DNA of 64,000 nucleotides from Eubacteriales bacterium (GTDB taxonomy: Bacteria > Bacillota > Clostridia > Christensenellales > UBA1750), in the NCBI GenBank assembly GCA_031548365.1, contig JAVBRD010000006.1:36030-100029 (forward strand), written 5' to 3'. The number at the start of each line of letters is the position of its first letter. Within the stretch, counting starts at the first letter, position 1. The notes beneath the pieces are model-generated. The model had not been told where the DNA came from. It saw only the letters and a program-made list of their open reading frames with translations, and did no database searches. Positions 1 to 9,445 of this stretch are shown one piece after another. The position numbers and the translations under genes were made by a program.

Positions 1-1818
1 TATAGCTACATGATCGAGAGCGTCATCATCGGCGGCATCGCCCTTGTGCTTGGGCCGGCGCTTGGCTGGTTTATATGTTCGGTGCTGGGCGCTTCCAACG
101 GTTTCCTTGAGTTTGTGTCAAGGACCAAACTCCCCATGGCATTGAGCGTCAACACGTTCAAGTACGCGCTTGCGGCGGTGTTTTTCACCGGCGTGATGAT
201 GCTCATTCCTGCGATCATCCAGTCAAAGCGGGACATCCTTGAGCAGAAACTCAGCCGTTCCAAGCCCAAAGCGCCCATATGGAAAAAGTTCTTCCTCGAT
301 ATCATCTTGCTGGGCGTGTCGTTTTATGGGTTGTACTCCTATCAAATGCGCCAGGAGACACTGGCCGCTACGCCCGTTTCGGGCAGCGCGGTGCCTGTCG
401 ACCCGCTGCTGTTCATGATCTCAACGCTCTTCATCATGGGTGCCGGGCTTTTGTTCCTTCGGATCTATCCGTACATCCTCAAACTGGTTTTTGCGGCGGG
501 GCGCAGGTTCTGGTCTCCCCAGCTGTACGCGTCTTTCATCACGGTTTCGCGCTCCGGCGGTCAGGAGCAGTTTTTGATGATTTTCCTGGTGCTGACGCTT
601 TCGCTCGGTATTTTCAACGCCAACGCGGCCAGAACCATCAACCTCAACGTGGAAGAAAAACTGGTGTACCAAGCGGGCGCGGACATCGCGGCGGTGCCCG
701 TCTGGATGTCCAACCAACGCGCACCTGATTCGGAGGAAGGCCCGGTTTCATCGTTCGCGCCCAGTGTCAACACCATGGACGCGGGTTATGGCGACGACCG
801 AATCGTCACCTACATAGAGCCTTCGTTTGAGCCGTGGGAGAACCTCGAGGGCGTGGAAAACGTCGCCAAGGTGTACGTCAACGACCGCGTGTCGCTGACG
901 GTTGCGGGCACGTCGAACGCGGTGACAAGAATCATGGCCATCGAACCATCCAAGTTCGCTAAGGTCGCATTCATGCCCGACGGGCTGCTGCGGCCGCACT
1001 GGTACAACTACCTCAACCTGATGAGCTACGAACCGGCCGCGTGCCTCGTGACACGCTCCTATCAGGATCAGTATCACATCAAGCCCGGAGACACGATCAA
1101 GATCAGCTGGGCGCGTCAAGCGCCGCTTGAGCTGAGGGTGTACGGGGTGGTGGATTACTGGCCGACGTTCAATCCTTACGACAAAACCAAGGGCGACAAG
1201 ATGGTCGTCTGCAACCTTGACTTTGTGCGTGCAAAGCTCGCGGTTGAACCCTACCAAACCTGGATCAAGCGCGCGCAGGGCGCGACAAGCCAGGATGTGT
1301 ACAATGCCATCGAGGCATCCGAACTGCGCGTAACCGAGCTGATCGACTCGCGGCAGCAGCTCGTTCGGGTGAAAAATGACCCCATTTTGCAGGGAGCGAA
1401 CGGCGCGATGACCATGGGTTTCATCGTGACGATGCTCGTGTCCTCCATCGGGTTCATCATCTACTGGATACTCTCGATCAAAGGGCGTGTGCTCCAGTTC
1501 GGCATACTGCGCGCGATGGGGCTGTCGCTTCCAAAGCTCGTAGGCATGCTGTTTTCCGAGCAGATCATGATCTCCGTTGTAAGCATCTTTATGGGCGTGC
1601 TCCTTGGGGGCATCGCGGCCAAGGTGTTTGTGCCCATGCTGCAAATGGTATACTCAGCGCAGCAGCAGGTGCCACCTTTCCGCGTGGTCGCTTCGCCGGA
1701 TGATTATATCAAAATCTACATTATAATCGGCGCCATGCTCGTCGTGGGGTTCACCATTCTTGGCGTCTTGCTCTCGCGCATCCGCGTGGCGCAAGCGCTC
1801 AAGCTCGGTGAGGATTAA
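1..1818 (+). CDS. FtsX-family (MacB-type) ABC transporter permease, 5' end outside window
   Basis: ORF 10..1818 stays open in frame back to position 1. Hydrophobic helices lie at both ends around a ~230-aa soluble segment, and the C-terminal 4-TM block is typical of FtsX domains. Two ABC ATPase genes follow directly. Confidence 0.75.
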   Translation, partial: YSYMIESVIIGGIALVLGPALGWFICSVLGASNGFLEFVSRTKLPMALSVNTFKYALAAVFFTGVMMLIPAIIQSKRDILEQKLSRSKPKAPIWKKFFLDIILLGVSFYGLYSYQMRQETLAATPVSGSAVPVDPLLFMISTLFIMGAGLLFLRIYPYILKLVFAAGRRFWSPQLYASFITVSRSGGQEQFLMIFLVLTLSLGIFNANAARTINLNVEEKLVYQAGADIAAVPVWMSNQRAPDSEEGPVSSFAPSVNTMDAGYGDDRIVTYIEPSFEPWENLEGVENVAKVYVNDRVSLTVAGTSNAVTRIMAIEPSKFAKVAFMPDGLLRPHWYNYLNLMSYEPAACLVTRSYQDQYHIKPGDTIKISWARQAPLELRVYGVVDYWPTFNPYDKTKGDKMVVCNLDFVRAKLAVEPYQTWIKRAQGATSQDVYNAIEASELRVTELIDSRQQLVRVKNDPILQGANGAMTMGFIVTMLVSSIGFIIYWILSIKGRVLQFGILRAMGLSLPKLVGMLFSEQIMISVVSIFMGVLLGGIAAKVFVPMLQMVYSAQQQVPPFRVVASPDDYIKIYIIIGAMLVVGFTILGVLLSRIRVAQALKLGED

Positions 1819-1833
1819 GGCACGGAGGACGAT

Positions 1834-2550
1834 ATGGGAGCCATCATTCGCGTTGAGAAGATCAATCGCTACTTCAAAACGGGCGGCGGTACGCTGCACG
1901 CGCTTAAAGACATCGACATGACCATCGAGGAAGGGCGGCTGACCATTTTGCGCGGCCGCTCCGGCTCGGGTAAAACGTGCATGATCAACCTGCTGGGCGC
2001 GCTGGACAGGCCGTCCAGCGGAAGCATCGTATACTACGGAAAAAAGGACATCACCCGCCTGGCTGAGTTCCAGCGCGACGCGCTCAGGAGAAAGGATATC
2101 GGGTTTGTGTTTCAGTCTGTCGCTCTCATCGGCATCATGAGCGCGTACGAAAACGTTGAATTTGGACTGCGCGTATCCGGCGCTCCGGCTTCGGGTCGCA
2201 GACAGCGAGCGGAGGAAGTCCTTGGGCTGGTTGGCCTGACCCCGCGCATGCAGCACCGCCCGCAGGAGCTCTCGGGCGGAGAGCAGCAGCGCGTGGCCAT
2301 CGCCCGTGCCATAGCGCACAAACCGCGCGTGCTGTATGCCGATGAGCCAACCGCTGAGCTCGACACGCACATGGGGCTGCAGGTGATGAACGTCTTTAAG
2401 GATCTGGTGCGCCAGAGTGGATTGACGGTGATCATGACCACGCATGACCCCGCCATGGTCGATCTGGCGGACGATGTGTACACGCTCGAAGATGGCCGGG
2501 TGATCGATTATCGGAATGTCACGCCTCCAAAGGAGGTGCCCGCCCCATGA
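1834..2550 (+). CDS. ABC transporter ATP-binding protein (ATPase 1)
   Basis: Walker A GRSGSGKT, signature LSGGEQQR, Walker B VLYADEPT, H-loop TTHD. Lies 15 nt after the permease stop. Confidence 0.9.
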   Translation: MGAIIRVEKINRYFKTGGGTLHALKDIDMTIEEGRLTILRGRSGSGKTCMINLLGALDRPSSGSIVYYGKKDITRLAEFQRDALRRKDIGFVFQSVALIGIMSAYENVEFGLRVSGAPASGRRQRAEEVLGLVGLTPRMQHRPQELSGGEQQRVAIARAIAHKPRVLYADEPTAELDTHMGLQVMNVFKDLVRQSGLTVIMTTHDPAMVDLADDVYTLEDGRVIDYRNVTPPKEVPAP

Positions 2551-3458
2551 TCGTCGCGGAAAACCTTGTCAAGATCTACAAAACCTCGCAGATTGAGGTG
2601 GTCGCGCTTCAGGGGCTTGACCTCGTTGTGGACGATGGCGAACTCATGGCCATCATCGGCAACTCGGGCAGCGGCAAGTCAACGCTTCTCAACATGCTGG
2701 GCGCGCTGGACAAACCGTCCGCAGGCAAGCTTTTTGTCAACGGAAAGGATCTCAACAAAATGTCGCCCAAGGATGTCGTCGCCTACAAGCGTGACGTCGT
2801 GGGCTTTGTGTGGCAAAACAACGCGCGCAACCTCATCCCGTACATGACTGCGCTTGAGAACATTGAGGTGCCTATGCTCATCACCGGCGCGAGCAAGCGC
2901 CGCGCGCGCGCCAAGGAGCTGCTTGAGATGGTTCGCCTCTCGCATCGCTCGCGCAACAAACTCTCCCAACTTTCAGGCGGGGAGCAGCAGCGCGTGGCCA
3001 TTGCCATCGCTCTCGCCAACAAACCAAAGCTGTTGCTCGCTGATGAACCGACAGGATCGGTTGATACGGCTACCATGCATACCATCATGGAGATTTTCAG
3101 GAACATCAGCCGCGAGACGGGCATCACCGTCACGATCGTAACGCACGATCAGCAGCTTTCCAACATGGTCGACCGCGTGGTTGCCATCCGCGACGGGCGC
3201 ACGTCTTCCGAGTTTTTGCGCACCAAGTCTTACGCTGAGGAACTCGCCGAGATGGGCGCGGGCGGCAAGCTGTCCATCGACGGCGGATCATCGCACGTCG
3301 AGCTTGTCGTCGTTGATTCTGCGGGCCGCCTGCAGATCCCGAGGCCCTATCTTGACGAGTTGGGCATCAAAGGTAAATCCAGGCTTCGCGTCACGATGGA
3401 AGACGGAAAAGTCATCATCGAAGCGCCGCAGGAGAATGGGGAACACACATCGAAATAG
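2547..3458 (+). CDS. ABC transporter ATP-binding protein (ATPase 2) with an ~85-aa C-terminal extension
   Basis: Walker [30 protein letters not shown]. Its ATG overlaps the stop of ATPase 1 (ATGA). The C-terminal tail contains [33 protein letters not shown]. Confidence 0.88.
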   Translation: MIVAENLVKIYKTSQIEVVALQGLDLVVDDGELMAIIGNSGSGKSTLLNMLGALDKPSAGKLFVNGKDLNKMSPKDVVAYKRDVVGFVWQNNARNLIPYMTALENIEVPMLITGASKRRARAKELLEMVRLSHRSRNKLSQLSGGEQQRVAIAIALANKPKLLLADEPTGSVDTATMHTIMEIFRNISRETGITVTIVTHDQQLSNMVDRVVAIRDGRTSSEFLRTKSYAEELAEMGAGGKLSIDGGSSHVELVVVDSAGRLQIPRPYLDELGIKGKSRLRVTMEDGKVIIEAPQENGEHTSK

Positions 3459-3494
3459 GGAAAATGTGGATGCGGTGTGAAAGGTGGTGAAGAC

Positions 3495-3692
3495 ATGGAG
3501 ATATCGGGCATGATGGCTCAGCAGCTACAGAGCGTGCAAGCGGCAGTGAGCACTGCGATGCTGTCCAAGGTGATGAATGCGCAGAGCGGTGCGGTCGCGC
3601 AGCTTTTGCAGGGCATGCAGCAGACGGTCGCGCGCGACGTGCGCCTGTCGGTTGAGCCACACATCGGAGTGAACTTGGACATCGAAGCATAG
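3495..3692 (+). CDS. YjfB-like small protein (putative motility protein family)
   Basis: 65 aa. Gln/Ala-rich helix (QQLQSVQAAVSTAMLSKVMNAQ..AQLLQ) and C-terminal HIGVNLDIEA match the YjfB pattern (..HPxLGxxIDIxx). GGTGGTGA lies upstream of the ATG at 3495; the track start at 3477 is a GTG. Confidence 0.6.
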   Translation: MEISGMMAQQLQSVQAAVSTAMLSKVMNAQSGAVAQLLQGMQQTVARDVRLSVEPHIGVNLDIEA

Positions 3693-3795
3693 CGATCATT
3701 TGGCGTTGTTCGTCTCGTGGAAGCGCGAGGCGTATTTGGTTTATGGCTGTTTGTGCGCCCGGACCGGGGGCGAGTTGCTCACTCGCCCGATATGC

Positions 3796-4926
3796 TTATT
3801 GACCCAGCAGCCTTACGGCGTTTCGCGTCGCGTTGCGGATGAGGCGCGGCGCTTCCGCGATGCACGCTTCCAGAGAGAGCGGCCCGTCGGCGATTGAAAA
3901 GCACGCGGTGATCCCGCAGGAGTAGAGCGCTTCGTAGCCTTGTTTGAGCGCGCCTGAGACGCAAATGGCCTTCGCGCCGACAGCTCCTGCCATTTGTCCA
4001 ACACCCGCGGGTGCTTTGCCGTTTGCGGTTTGCGCGTCGGTTCGTCCTTCGCCCGTCAGGACGAGGTCACACCCTCGCATGCGTTCGCGAAGCGACGTCG
4101 CGGACGCAACAAGCGCAAAACCGGGGGTGAGCGTCGCGCCGCACATGGCTTTGAGGCCCCCGCCCAGGCCGCCTGCTGCCCCTGAGCCGGGGTCATTTGA
4201 AATATCGACGCCAGTTGATGCCGAGAGCACGTGCGCCCAGACGCCAAGCGCGGTATCGAGGGTACGAACCATACCGGGTGTAGCGCCTTTTTGCGGCCCG
4301 TAAATCGCGGACGCGCCGTCCGGCCCGCAGAGTGGGTTGGTCACGTCGCAAGCCGCCTGTATGCTCACACCGGAGAGCAGGGTGCGCAGCGCACTCAGAT
4401 CGACGCGCGCGGCGTTTACGAGCGCAGCGCCGCCCGGAGGGAGATCATGGCCCGCGGTATCGGTGATGCGCGCGCCCAGAGCCTGCGCGAACCCGGCACC
4501 GCCGTCATTTGTGGCGCTGCCGCCAATGCCTATAATTACGCGCTTAGCGCCCGAGCGTACCGCATGCGCGACCAGCTCGCCCGTGCCGTAGGTTGTCGCT
4601 GTGAGCGGGTTGCGCTCGCTGGAGGAAAGCAGGGGCAAACCGGATGCCATGGCCATTTCGACGACTGCACACCCGTCGGGTAACACGAGGTACCGCGCGT
4701 CGATCAGGCGTAAAAGCGGGTCATGAACGCGTATGGTTCGCATCTCACCGCCGCACGCGATGAAAAACGCTTCCAGCGTGCCTTCTCCGCCATCCGCGAT
4801 GGGGACACAGTCGATGGACGCGTCAGGGAGCGCGTCGAGCGCGCCCAGGCGCATGGCGTCGGCGACTTTGGCGGCGGATAGACAGCCTTTGTAGGAATCG
4901 GGCGCGATCAGAATCCGCATGGTCAT
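3796..4926 (-). CDS. glycerate kinase
   Basis: N-terminus MRILIAPDSYKGCLSA and IGIGGSATNDGG / TGEGRTD motifs are typical of the GlxK/GarK family. Confidence 0.9.
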   Translation of the reverse strand: MTMRILIAPDSYKGCLSAAKVADAMRLGALDALPDASIDCVPIADGGEGTLEAFFIACGGEMRTIRVHDPLLRLIDARYLVLPDGCAVVEMAMASGLPLLSSSERNPLTATTYGTGELVAHAVRSGAKRVIIGIGGSATNDGGAGFAQALGARITDTAGHDLPPGGAALVNAARVDLSALRTLLSGVSIQAACDVTNPLCGPDGASAIYGPQKGATPGMVRTLDTALGVWAHVLSASTGVDISNDPGSGAAGGLGGGLKAMCGATLTPGFALVASATSLRERMRGCDLVLTGEGRTDAQTANGKAPAGVGQMAGAVGAKAICVSGALKQGYEALYSCGITACFSIADGPLSLEACIAEAPRLIRNATRNAVRLLGQ

Positions 4927-5031
4927 CCTCCGTTCAACGACAGATTATCAGCTCCGCGTGTGATTCGTCAAGCGGACAGGGAGGATTAGCACGCAGCGCG
5001 GCGAATTGCGTATGCGACTGGAGGGATCGCC

Positions 5032-7341
5032 TTGAAACGCGTGTGTTTTGACAGAGACTGGATGGTTCGCGAAAGAACGGATCGGGGGCTTGGGGGGGCG
5101 CTAAGGGTTGACCTGCCGCACGACTTGAGCATATCTCGGGAGCGCCGCGCGGATTCTCCCGGAGGCCCGTCCAACGCATACTTCGGCAGCGCGTACGCTG
5201 AGTACACCAAGACGTTCGACGGACCGGAGTTGGGCGCGGGCGAGCGGTTGTTTTTCCAGTTTGACGGCGCGTATATGAACGCCGAAGTGCGCGTCAACGG
5301 CCATCTCATCAGCTCGCACGCGTACGGATACACGGGATTCCGAGTCGACGCGACGGATTGGCTGAAAACCGGCGCGCAAAACCTGCTCAGCGTTAGCCTC
5401 TCAAGTCCCATGCCTAACACGCGGTGGTACGCGGGCTGCGGGCTGTACCGCCATGTGTGGATGTGCACGGCCGCTAGCGCTTACCTTGATCCCGAAGCCT
5501 TGTTTGCGAAAACGGTCAAACGCTCCGACGGGACGCTCGCGTTTGAGGTCAGCGCTGCCGTGCGCGGGAAAACTGCAGGTGAGGTGCTCCGCGCCACGCT
5601 TGCAGATGATGAGGGCACGGTGGTGTGCGCGGCCGAAAAGTCCGCGGATTCCCCGTGTGTGCTGACGCTTGATCCCGGCCCCACAGCGCGCCGCTGGTCA
5701 CCCGATGACCCGTATCTGTACACGATGCGTGTGTCGCTTGTGTCGTCAGGCGTTGAGACTGACGAGGAAACGGTTCGGGTGGGGTTGAGGATCATCAAGG
5801 TTGATGCTGTCAACGGACTAGCAATCAACGGCAAGACCTACAAAATGCGCGGAGCATGCGTTCATCACGATTGCGGTCCGCTGGGCGCGGCGAGCTTAGA
5901 CCGCGCCGAGGAGCGCAAGGTTGAGCTATTGAAAGCATCGGGATTTAACGCCATCCGCTGCGCGCATAATCCGCCCGCGCCTGCGATGCTTGACGCGTGC
6001 GACCGCCTGGGCGTGCTCGTCATTGACGAGGCTTTCGATTGCTGGCGGGAGGGTAAAAACCCGAACGACTACCACGTCGTGTTTGAGCGCGACTGGCACA
6101 GCGATTTGTCCGCGATGGTCACGCGCGACCGCAACCACCCATCGGTTGTCCTTTGGTCGACCGGGAACGAGATCATAGAGCGTGACGGCCGCTCGGATGG
6201 CGCGAAGTGGGCGCGGGCGCTTGCGGACGCGGTTCGCGCACTGGACGATACACGGCCCGTCATGAACGCGTTGTGCGGCCTTTGGGACTTCGTGGATGTA
6301 GTGCCCCAAGACCGCGAGGCGTTCTGGGCGGAAGCGACCCGAGATTTTGCGGCTCCGCTGGATGTGGTTGGCTACAACTATCTGCTTGACCGATACGAAC
6401 GCGATCACAGCCGGTTCCCCTCGCGCGTTGTATGCGCGGCGGAAACATTCCCGCTCGAGGCGTTTGACAACGCGCAAGCGCTTGAGCGCTTTGACCATCT
6501 GATCGGCGAGTTTGTGTGGACGGGCCTTGACTACCTTGGAGAGTCCGGCATCGGGCGCGTGTGGTACGACGAGGGTGAGAGTTGGCTGGGCGCGTACCCG
6601 TGGATGCACGCTTGGTGTGGGGACATCGATATCAGCGGGGTCAAGCGCCCGCAATCCTATTACCGCGATATTTTGTACGGCATCGCAAAAAAACCCATGG
6701 TCTTCTCGACCGACCCGGCTCTGGACGTTTCGCGCGAAAAAATCGCCCGCTGGGGCTGGCCCAACCTCTCGCGGCGCTGGGACTGGGCTGGGCGCGAAGG
6801 GCGCGCGTCTCGCGTAGTTGTGTACAGCGACGCGCCAGAAATTGAGCTTCGGCTCAACGGCAATGTCGTCGGAAAGAAGAAATGCGGAATAGAATGCCGC
6901 TACACGGCGGAGTTTACGCTGCCATATTGCCCGGGAAAACTTGAAGCCATCGCATTTGACGGCGCACGTGAAGTCTCGCGCGATGTTCTCCTGACGGCGG
7001 GCAAAGCCGTTTCTCTTCGAGCGATCGGCGATCGCGCTGAGTTGACGGATGCGTACGGCGACCTATGCTATATTGAAGTGGAAGCGGTCGACCTCGCGGG
7101 CAACGTGGTCCACGGGGAGACGCGCCCGGTCACCGTGAGCGTCCATGGCGCGGGCGAACTCGCCGCGCTCGCCAACAGCGACCCGAAATCCGAGGAGTCG
7201 TTCGTTTCGTCATCGCAAAAAATGGTCGACGGACGGATGCTGGCTGTCGTCAAGGGGTATGGGCAAAAAGGCGTTATCATGGCGACGTGCGTCGCGGAAG
7301 GGCTGATGCCCGCGACGGTCAGAATAGCAGTCAAGGGGTGA
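5032..7341 (+). CDS. glycoside hydrolase family 2 (beta-galactosidase/beta-glucuronidase-like)
   Basis: 769 aa. GH2 sugar-binding N-domain (FDGAYMNAEVRVNG), acid/base WSTGNEI, nucleophile region GEFVWTGLDYLGE. TTG start with GGAGGGA RBS. Confidence 0.85.
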   Translation: MKRVCFDRDWMVRERTDRGLGGALRVDLPHDLSISRERRADSPGGPSNAYFGSAYAEYTKTFDGPELGAGERLFFQFDGAYMNAEVRVNGHLISSHAYGYTGFRVDATDWLKTGAQNLLSVSLSSPMPNTRWYAGCGLYRHVWMCTAASAYLDPEALFAKTVKRSDGTLAFEVSAAVRGKTAGEVLRATLADDEGTVVCAAEKSADSPCVLTLDPGPTARRWSPDDPYLYTMRVSLVSSGVETDEETVRVGLRIIKVDAVNGLAINGKTYKMRGACVHHDCGPLGAASLDRAEERKVELLKASGFNAIRCAHNPPAPAMLDACDRLGVLVIDEAFDCWREGKNPNDYHVVFERDWHSDLSAMVTRDRNHPSVVLWSTGNEIIERDGRSDGAKWARALADAVRALDDTRPVMNALCGLWDFVDVVPQDREAFWAEATRDFAAPLDVVGYNYLLDRYERDHSRFPSRVVCAAETFPLEAFDNAQALERFDHLIGEFVWTGLDYLGESGIGRVWYDEGESWLGAYPWMHAWCGDIDISGVKRPQSYYRDILYGIAKKPMVFSTDPALDVSREKIARWGWPNLSRRWDWAGREGRASRVVVYSDAPEIELRLNGNVVGKKKCGIECRYTAEFTLPYCPGKLEAIAFDGAREVSRDVLLTAGKAVSLRAIGDRAELTDAYGDLCYIEVEAVDLAGNVVHGETRPVTVSVHGAGELAALANSDPKSEESFVSSSQKMVDGRMLAVVKGYGQKGVIMATCVAEGLMPATVRIAVKG

Positions 7342-7345
7342 GCGG

Positions 7346-8404
7346 ATGTCATATCAGGATGGATTAGGTGCGATTAACCTCGACATGCCTGCGCGCGTGC
7401 CTCGCACAGAATACTCTGTCGATTTTCATTGGAAACTCGTTTCACGCGTGACGGGCAAAAACGTTGACGAAAACAGCGCGGAGTCCGAACGATCGGCAGC
7501 GGCGCACGCATTTCGGCGCGCTTGGGATTACTCCATGATCTGGCGCACCATATTTTCCGGGCCGGAACTCGGCAAATACCGCACCGACATGGGGCACGCC
7601 ATCTACGTGCAAGGCGGAGGCGACTACAGGCAAAAAAAAGAGGATCTGTTTGCCGATCCGGAACAGGCGCTTCGCCTTGATCCGTTGAGCGACTTTCCGC
7701 AGCCCGATGTCGCGAGCATCATTGCGCGTATCAACAGCGACTACGAAAAGGCAAAAAACGAGTTTCCCTACGCGGTCGCGACCACAGGCGTCTACATCAC
7801 ATGCATATCGGGCTTGATCGAAATTTTCGGCTGGGACATGCTCTTAACGGCGTGCGGGACCGATCCGGAGCGTTTCGGCGCGCTGACGAACCGTTACGGT
7901 CAATGGATGATGCGCTACTACGAGGCCCTCGCGCGCAGTGATGCGCCCGTGATCATGGTGCATGACGACATGGTCTGGACGCAAGGCGCGTTCATCCACC
8001 CCGATTGGTACAGAAAGTTTGTTTTTCCCAACTACAAGCGCTATTTCGCGCCGCTCATCGAGGCGGGCAAGCGCGTGCTGTTCACCTCTGACGGCGGATA
8101 TACGCAGTTCATCGACGATCTGGCGCAAACAGGCATTCACGGGTTTTGTATGGAGCCCATGACCGACATGGCGCTGATCGCCGAACGGTACGGAAAGACG
8201 CACGCGATTATCGGCAACGCGGATACGCGCGTTTTGCTTTACGGCAACAAGGAGTCCATCCGCGCCGAGGTAGCGCGGTGCATGAACATCGGGAAAAGCT
8301 GTCCGGGGTTCATCATGGCTGTGGGCAACCACATTCCGCCCAACACGCCGGTGGAGAACGCGCTCATCTACAACGAAGCCTATGAGCAAATGGCGAAAAG
8401 ATAA
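7346..8404 (+). CDS. uroporphyrinogen-decarboxylase (URO-D) superfamily protein, MtaA/CmuA-like
   Basis: 352 aa. The C-terminal half (IMVHDDMVWTQGAF..FTSDGGYTQFIDDL..GFCMEP..IIGNADTRVL..GNHIPPNTP) fits the URO-D-like TIM barrel pattern. Starts 4 nt after the GH2 stop. Confidence 0.55.
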   Translation: MSYQDGLGAINLDMPARVPRTEYSVDFHWKLVSRVTGKNVDENSAESERSAAAHAFRRAWDYSMIWRTIFSGPELGKYRTDMGHAIYVQGGGDYRQKKEDLFADPEQALRLDPLSDFPQPDVASIIARINSDYEKAKNEFPYAVATTGVYITCISGLIEIFGWDMLLTACGTDPERFGALTNRYGQWMMRYYEALARSDAPVIMVHDDMVWTQGAFIHPDWYRKFVFPNYKRYFAPLIEAGKRVLFTSDGGYTQFIDDLAQTGIHGFCMEPMTDMALIAERYGKTHAIIGNADTRVLLYGNKESIRAEVARCMNIGKSCPGFIMAVGNHIPPNTPVENALIYNEAYEQMAKR

Positions 8405-8525
8405 ACGCCGCGCCTTTTCCGCGCTTGGATGAAGGACACGGCGCCACACACTGGACGTTACGATTGTGTCCTGCGATTTGGCGCGCGATACACGCCGAAT
8501 CGATTGAAGTTTTTGCCGTCACGGA

Positions 8526-8554
8526 TTGACAACGACCGTCTTCACCATTATAAT
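8526..8554 (+). promoter_or_regulatory. sigma-A type promoter (TTGACA-17-TATAAT) for yceD-rpmF
   Basis: Perfect consensus hexamers at 8526-8531 and 8549-8554 with a 17-nt spacer, 33 nt upstream of yceD. Confidence 0.7.
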
Positions 8555-8586
8555 ATCAAAATGGTCGAGTTACAGAGGGCAGAGTC

Positions 8587-9057
8587 ATGAAAATTGATGT
8601 ACGTGCGGCGCTCAAGAGTCCGGGAGAGGCTTTCGATTTTCGTTTTGAAGAGAACTGGGGGCCGCTAGAGGGTGAAAACGAGCAGCTGCATTTCACCCAG
8701 CCGGTGACACTTGAGGGTGTGTATACCTCCTTTGACAACAATGTCGCGTTTCGTGGCAGGCTGTTGACAAAGCTAACCGCATCGTGCGCGAGATGCCTTG
8801 ACCCTGTGGAGTTCAAGGTGGACGTGCAGTTCGAGGAAGTCTTTTACAAAGAAGCCGACCCCGAGCACGCGGATGACCGTTTTTGTCAGGGAGACATGGC
8901 GCAGCTCGACGAAGCGGTGGAAGAAGCCATTCGGCTGTCCTTCCCGATACGGTTTCTCTGCGGGCCTCGCTGCAAAGGGCTTTGCCCCGAGTGCGGGTGC
9001 AACCTAAACCAACTCACTTGTACTCACGCGGCGCAAGTGTTGGATGAACATCAATAA
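8587..9057 (+). CDS. yceD: YceD/DUF177 family protein
   Basis: CARCL...[17 protein letters not shown] cysteine pattern, and the conserved position immediately upstream of rpmF. Confidence 0.85.
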   Translation: MKIDVRAALKSPGEAFDFRFEENWGPLEGENEQLHFTQPVTLEGVYTSFDNNVAFRGRLLTKLTASCARCLDPVEFKVDVQFEEVFYKEADPEHADDRFCQGDMAQLDEAVEEAIRLSFPIRFLCGPRCKGLCPECGCNLNQLTCTHAAQVLDEHQ

Positions 9058-9086
9058 ATAACAGCGCAGGCTCAGGAGGTGGAACC

Positions 9087-9278
9087 ATGGCAGTACCAAA
9101 GGGGAAAACATCCAAACAGCGCAAGCACATGCGTCGCGCGAATTGGAAGCTGGCGGCCCCGGGCGTCAACGAGTGCCCGCAGTGCCACAAACCCAAGCTT
9201 TCTCACCATGTGTGCAAATTCTGCGGCTACTATGACGGGCGTCAAGTGGTCGTTATGGACGAAGCGAAGAAGGCGTAA
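9087..9278 (+). CDS. rpmF: 50S ribosomal protein L32
   Basis: [21 protein letters not shown]...[20 protein letters not shown]. Confidence 0.95.
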   Translation: MAVPKGKTSKQRKHMRRANWKLAAPGVNECPQCHKPKLSHHVCKFCGYYDGRQVVVMDEAKKA

Positions 9279-9363
9279 GCTATCTTTGCCTTGTCGCATC
9301 TGCGGCGGGACGATCTTCCGTCCGCGGGGGGGAAGCGCCTTGGACGGCATTGCGCCGTCCTTG

Positions 9364-9403
9364 GAGCACGGCTTGCGCTCTGGGCGTGAGGCGTGCTCTT
9401 TTT
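9364..9403 (+). terminator. putative terminator after rpmF
   Basis: GAGCACG (9364-9370) pairs with CGTGCTC (9392-9398), followed by TTTTT. The loop is large, so this is weak. Confidence 0.35.
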
Positions 9404-9445
9404 CGGATTGCGCATTGCGGCGCAAAAGGATAGAATGGGGCGGAG

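Noticed and set aside
3768-3788. Hairpin GGGCGAGT..ACTCGCCC just past the glycerate kinase stop, considered as a terminator
   Set aside because: There is no T-run on either strand, so I cannot support it as an intrinsic terminator.
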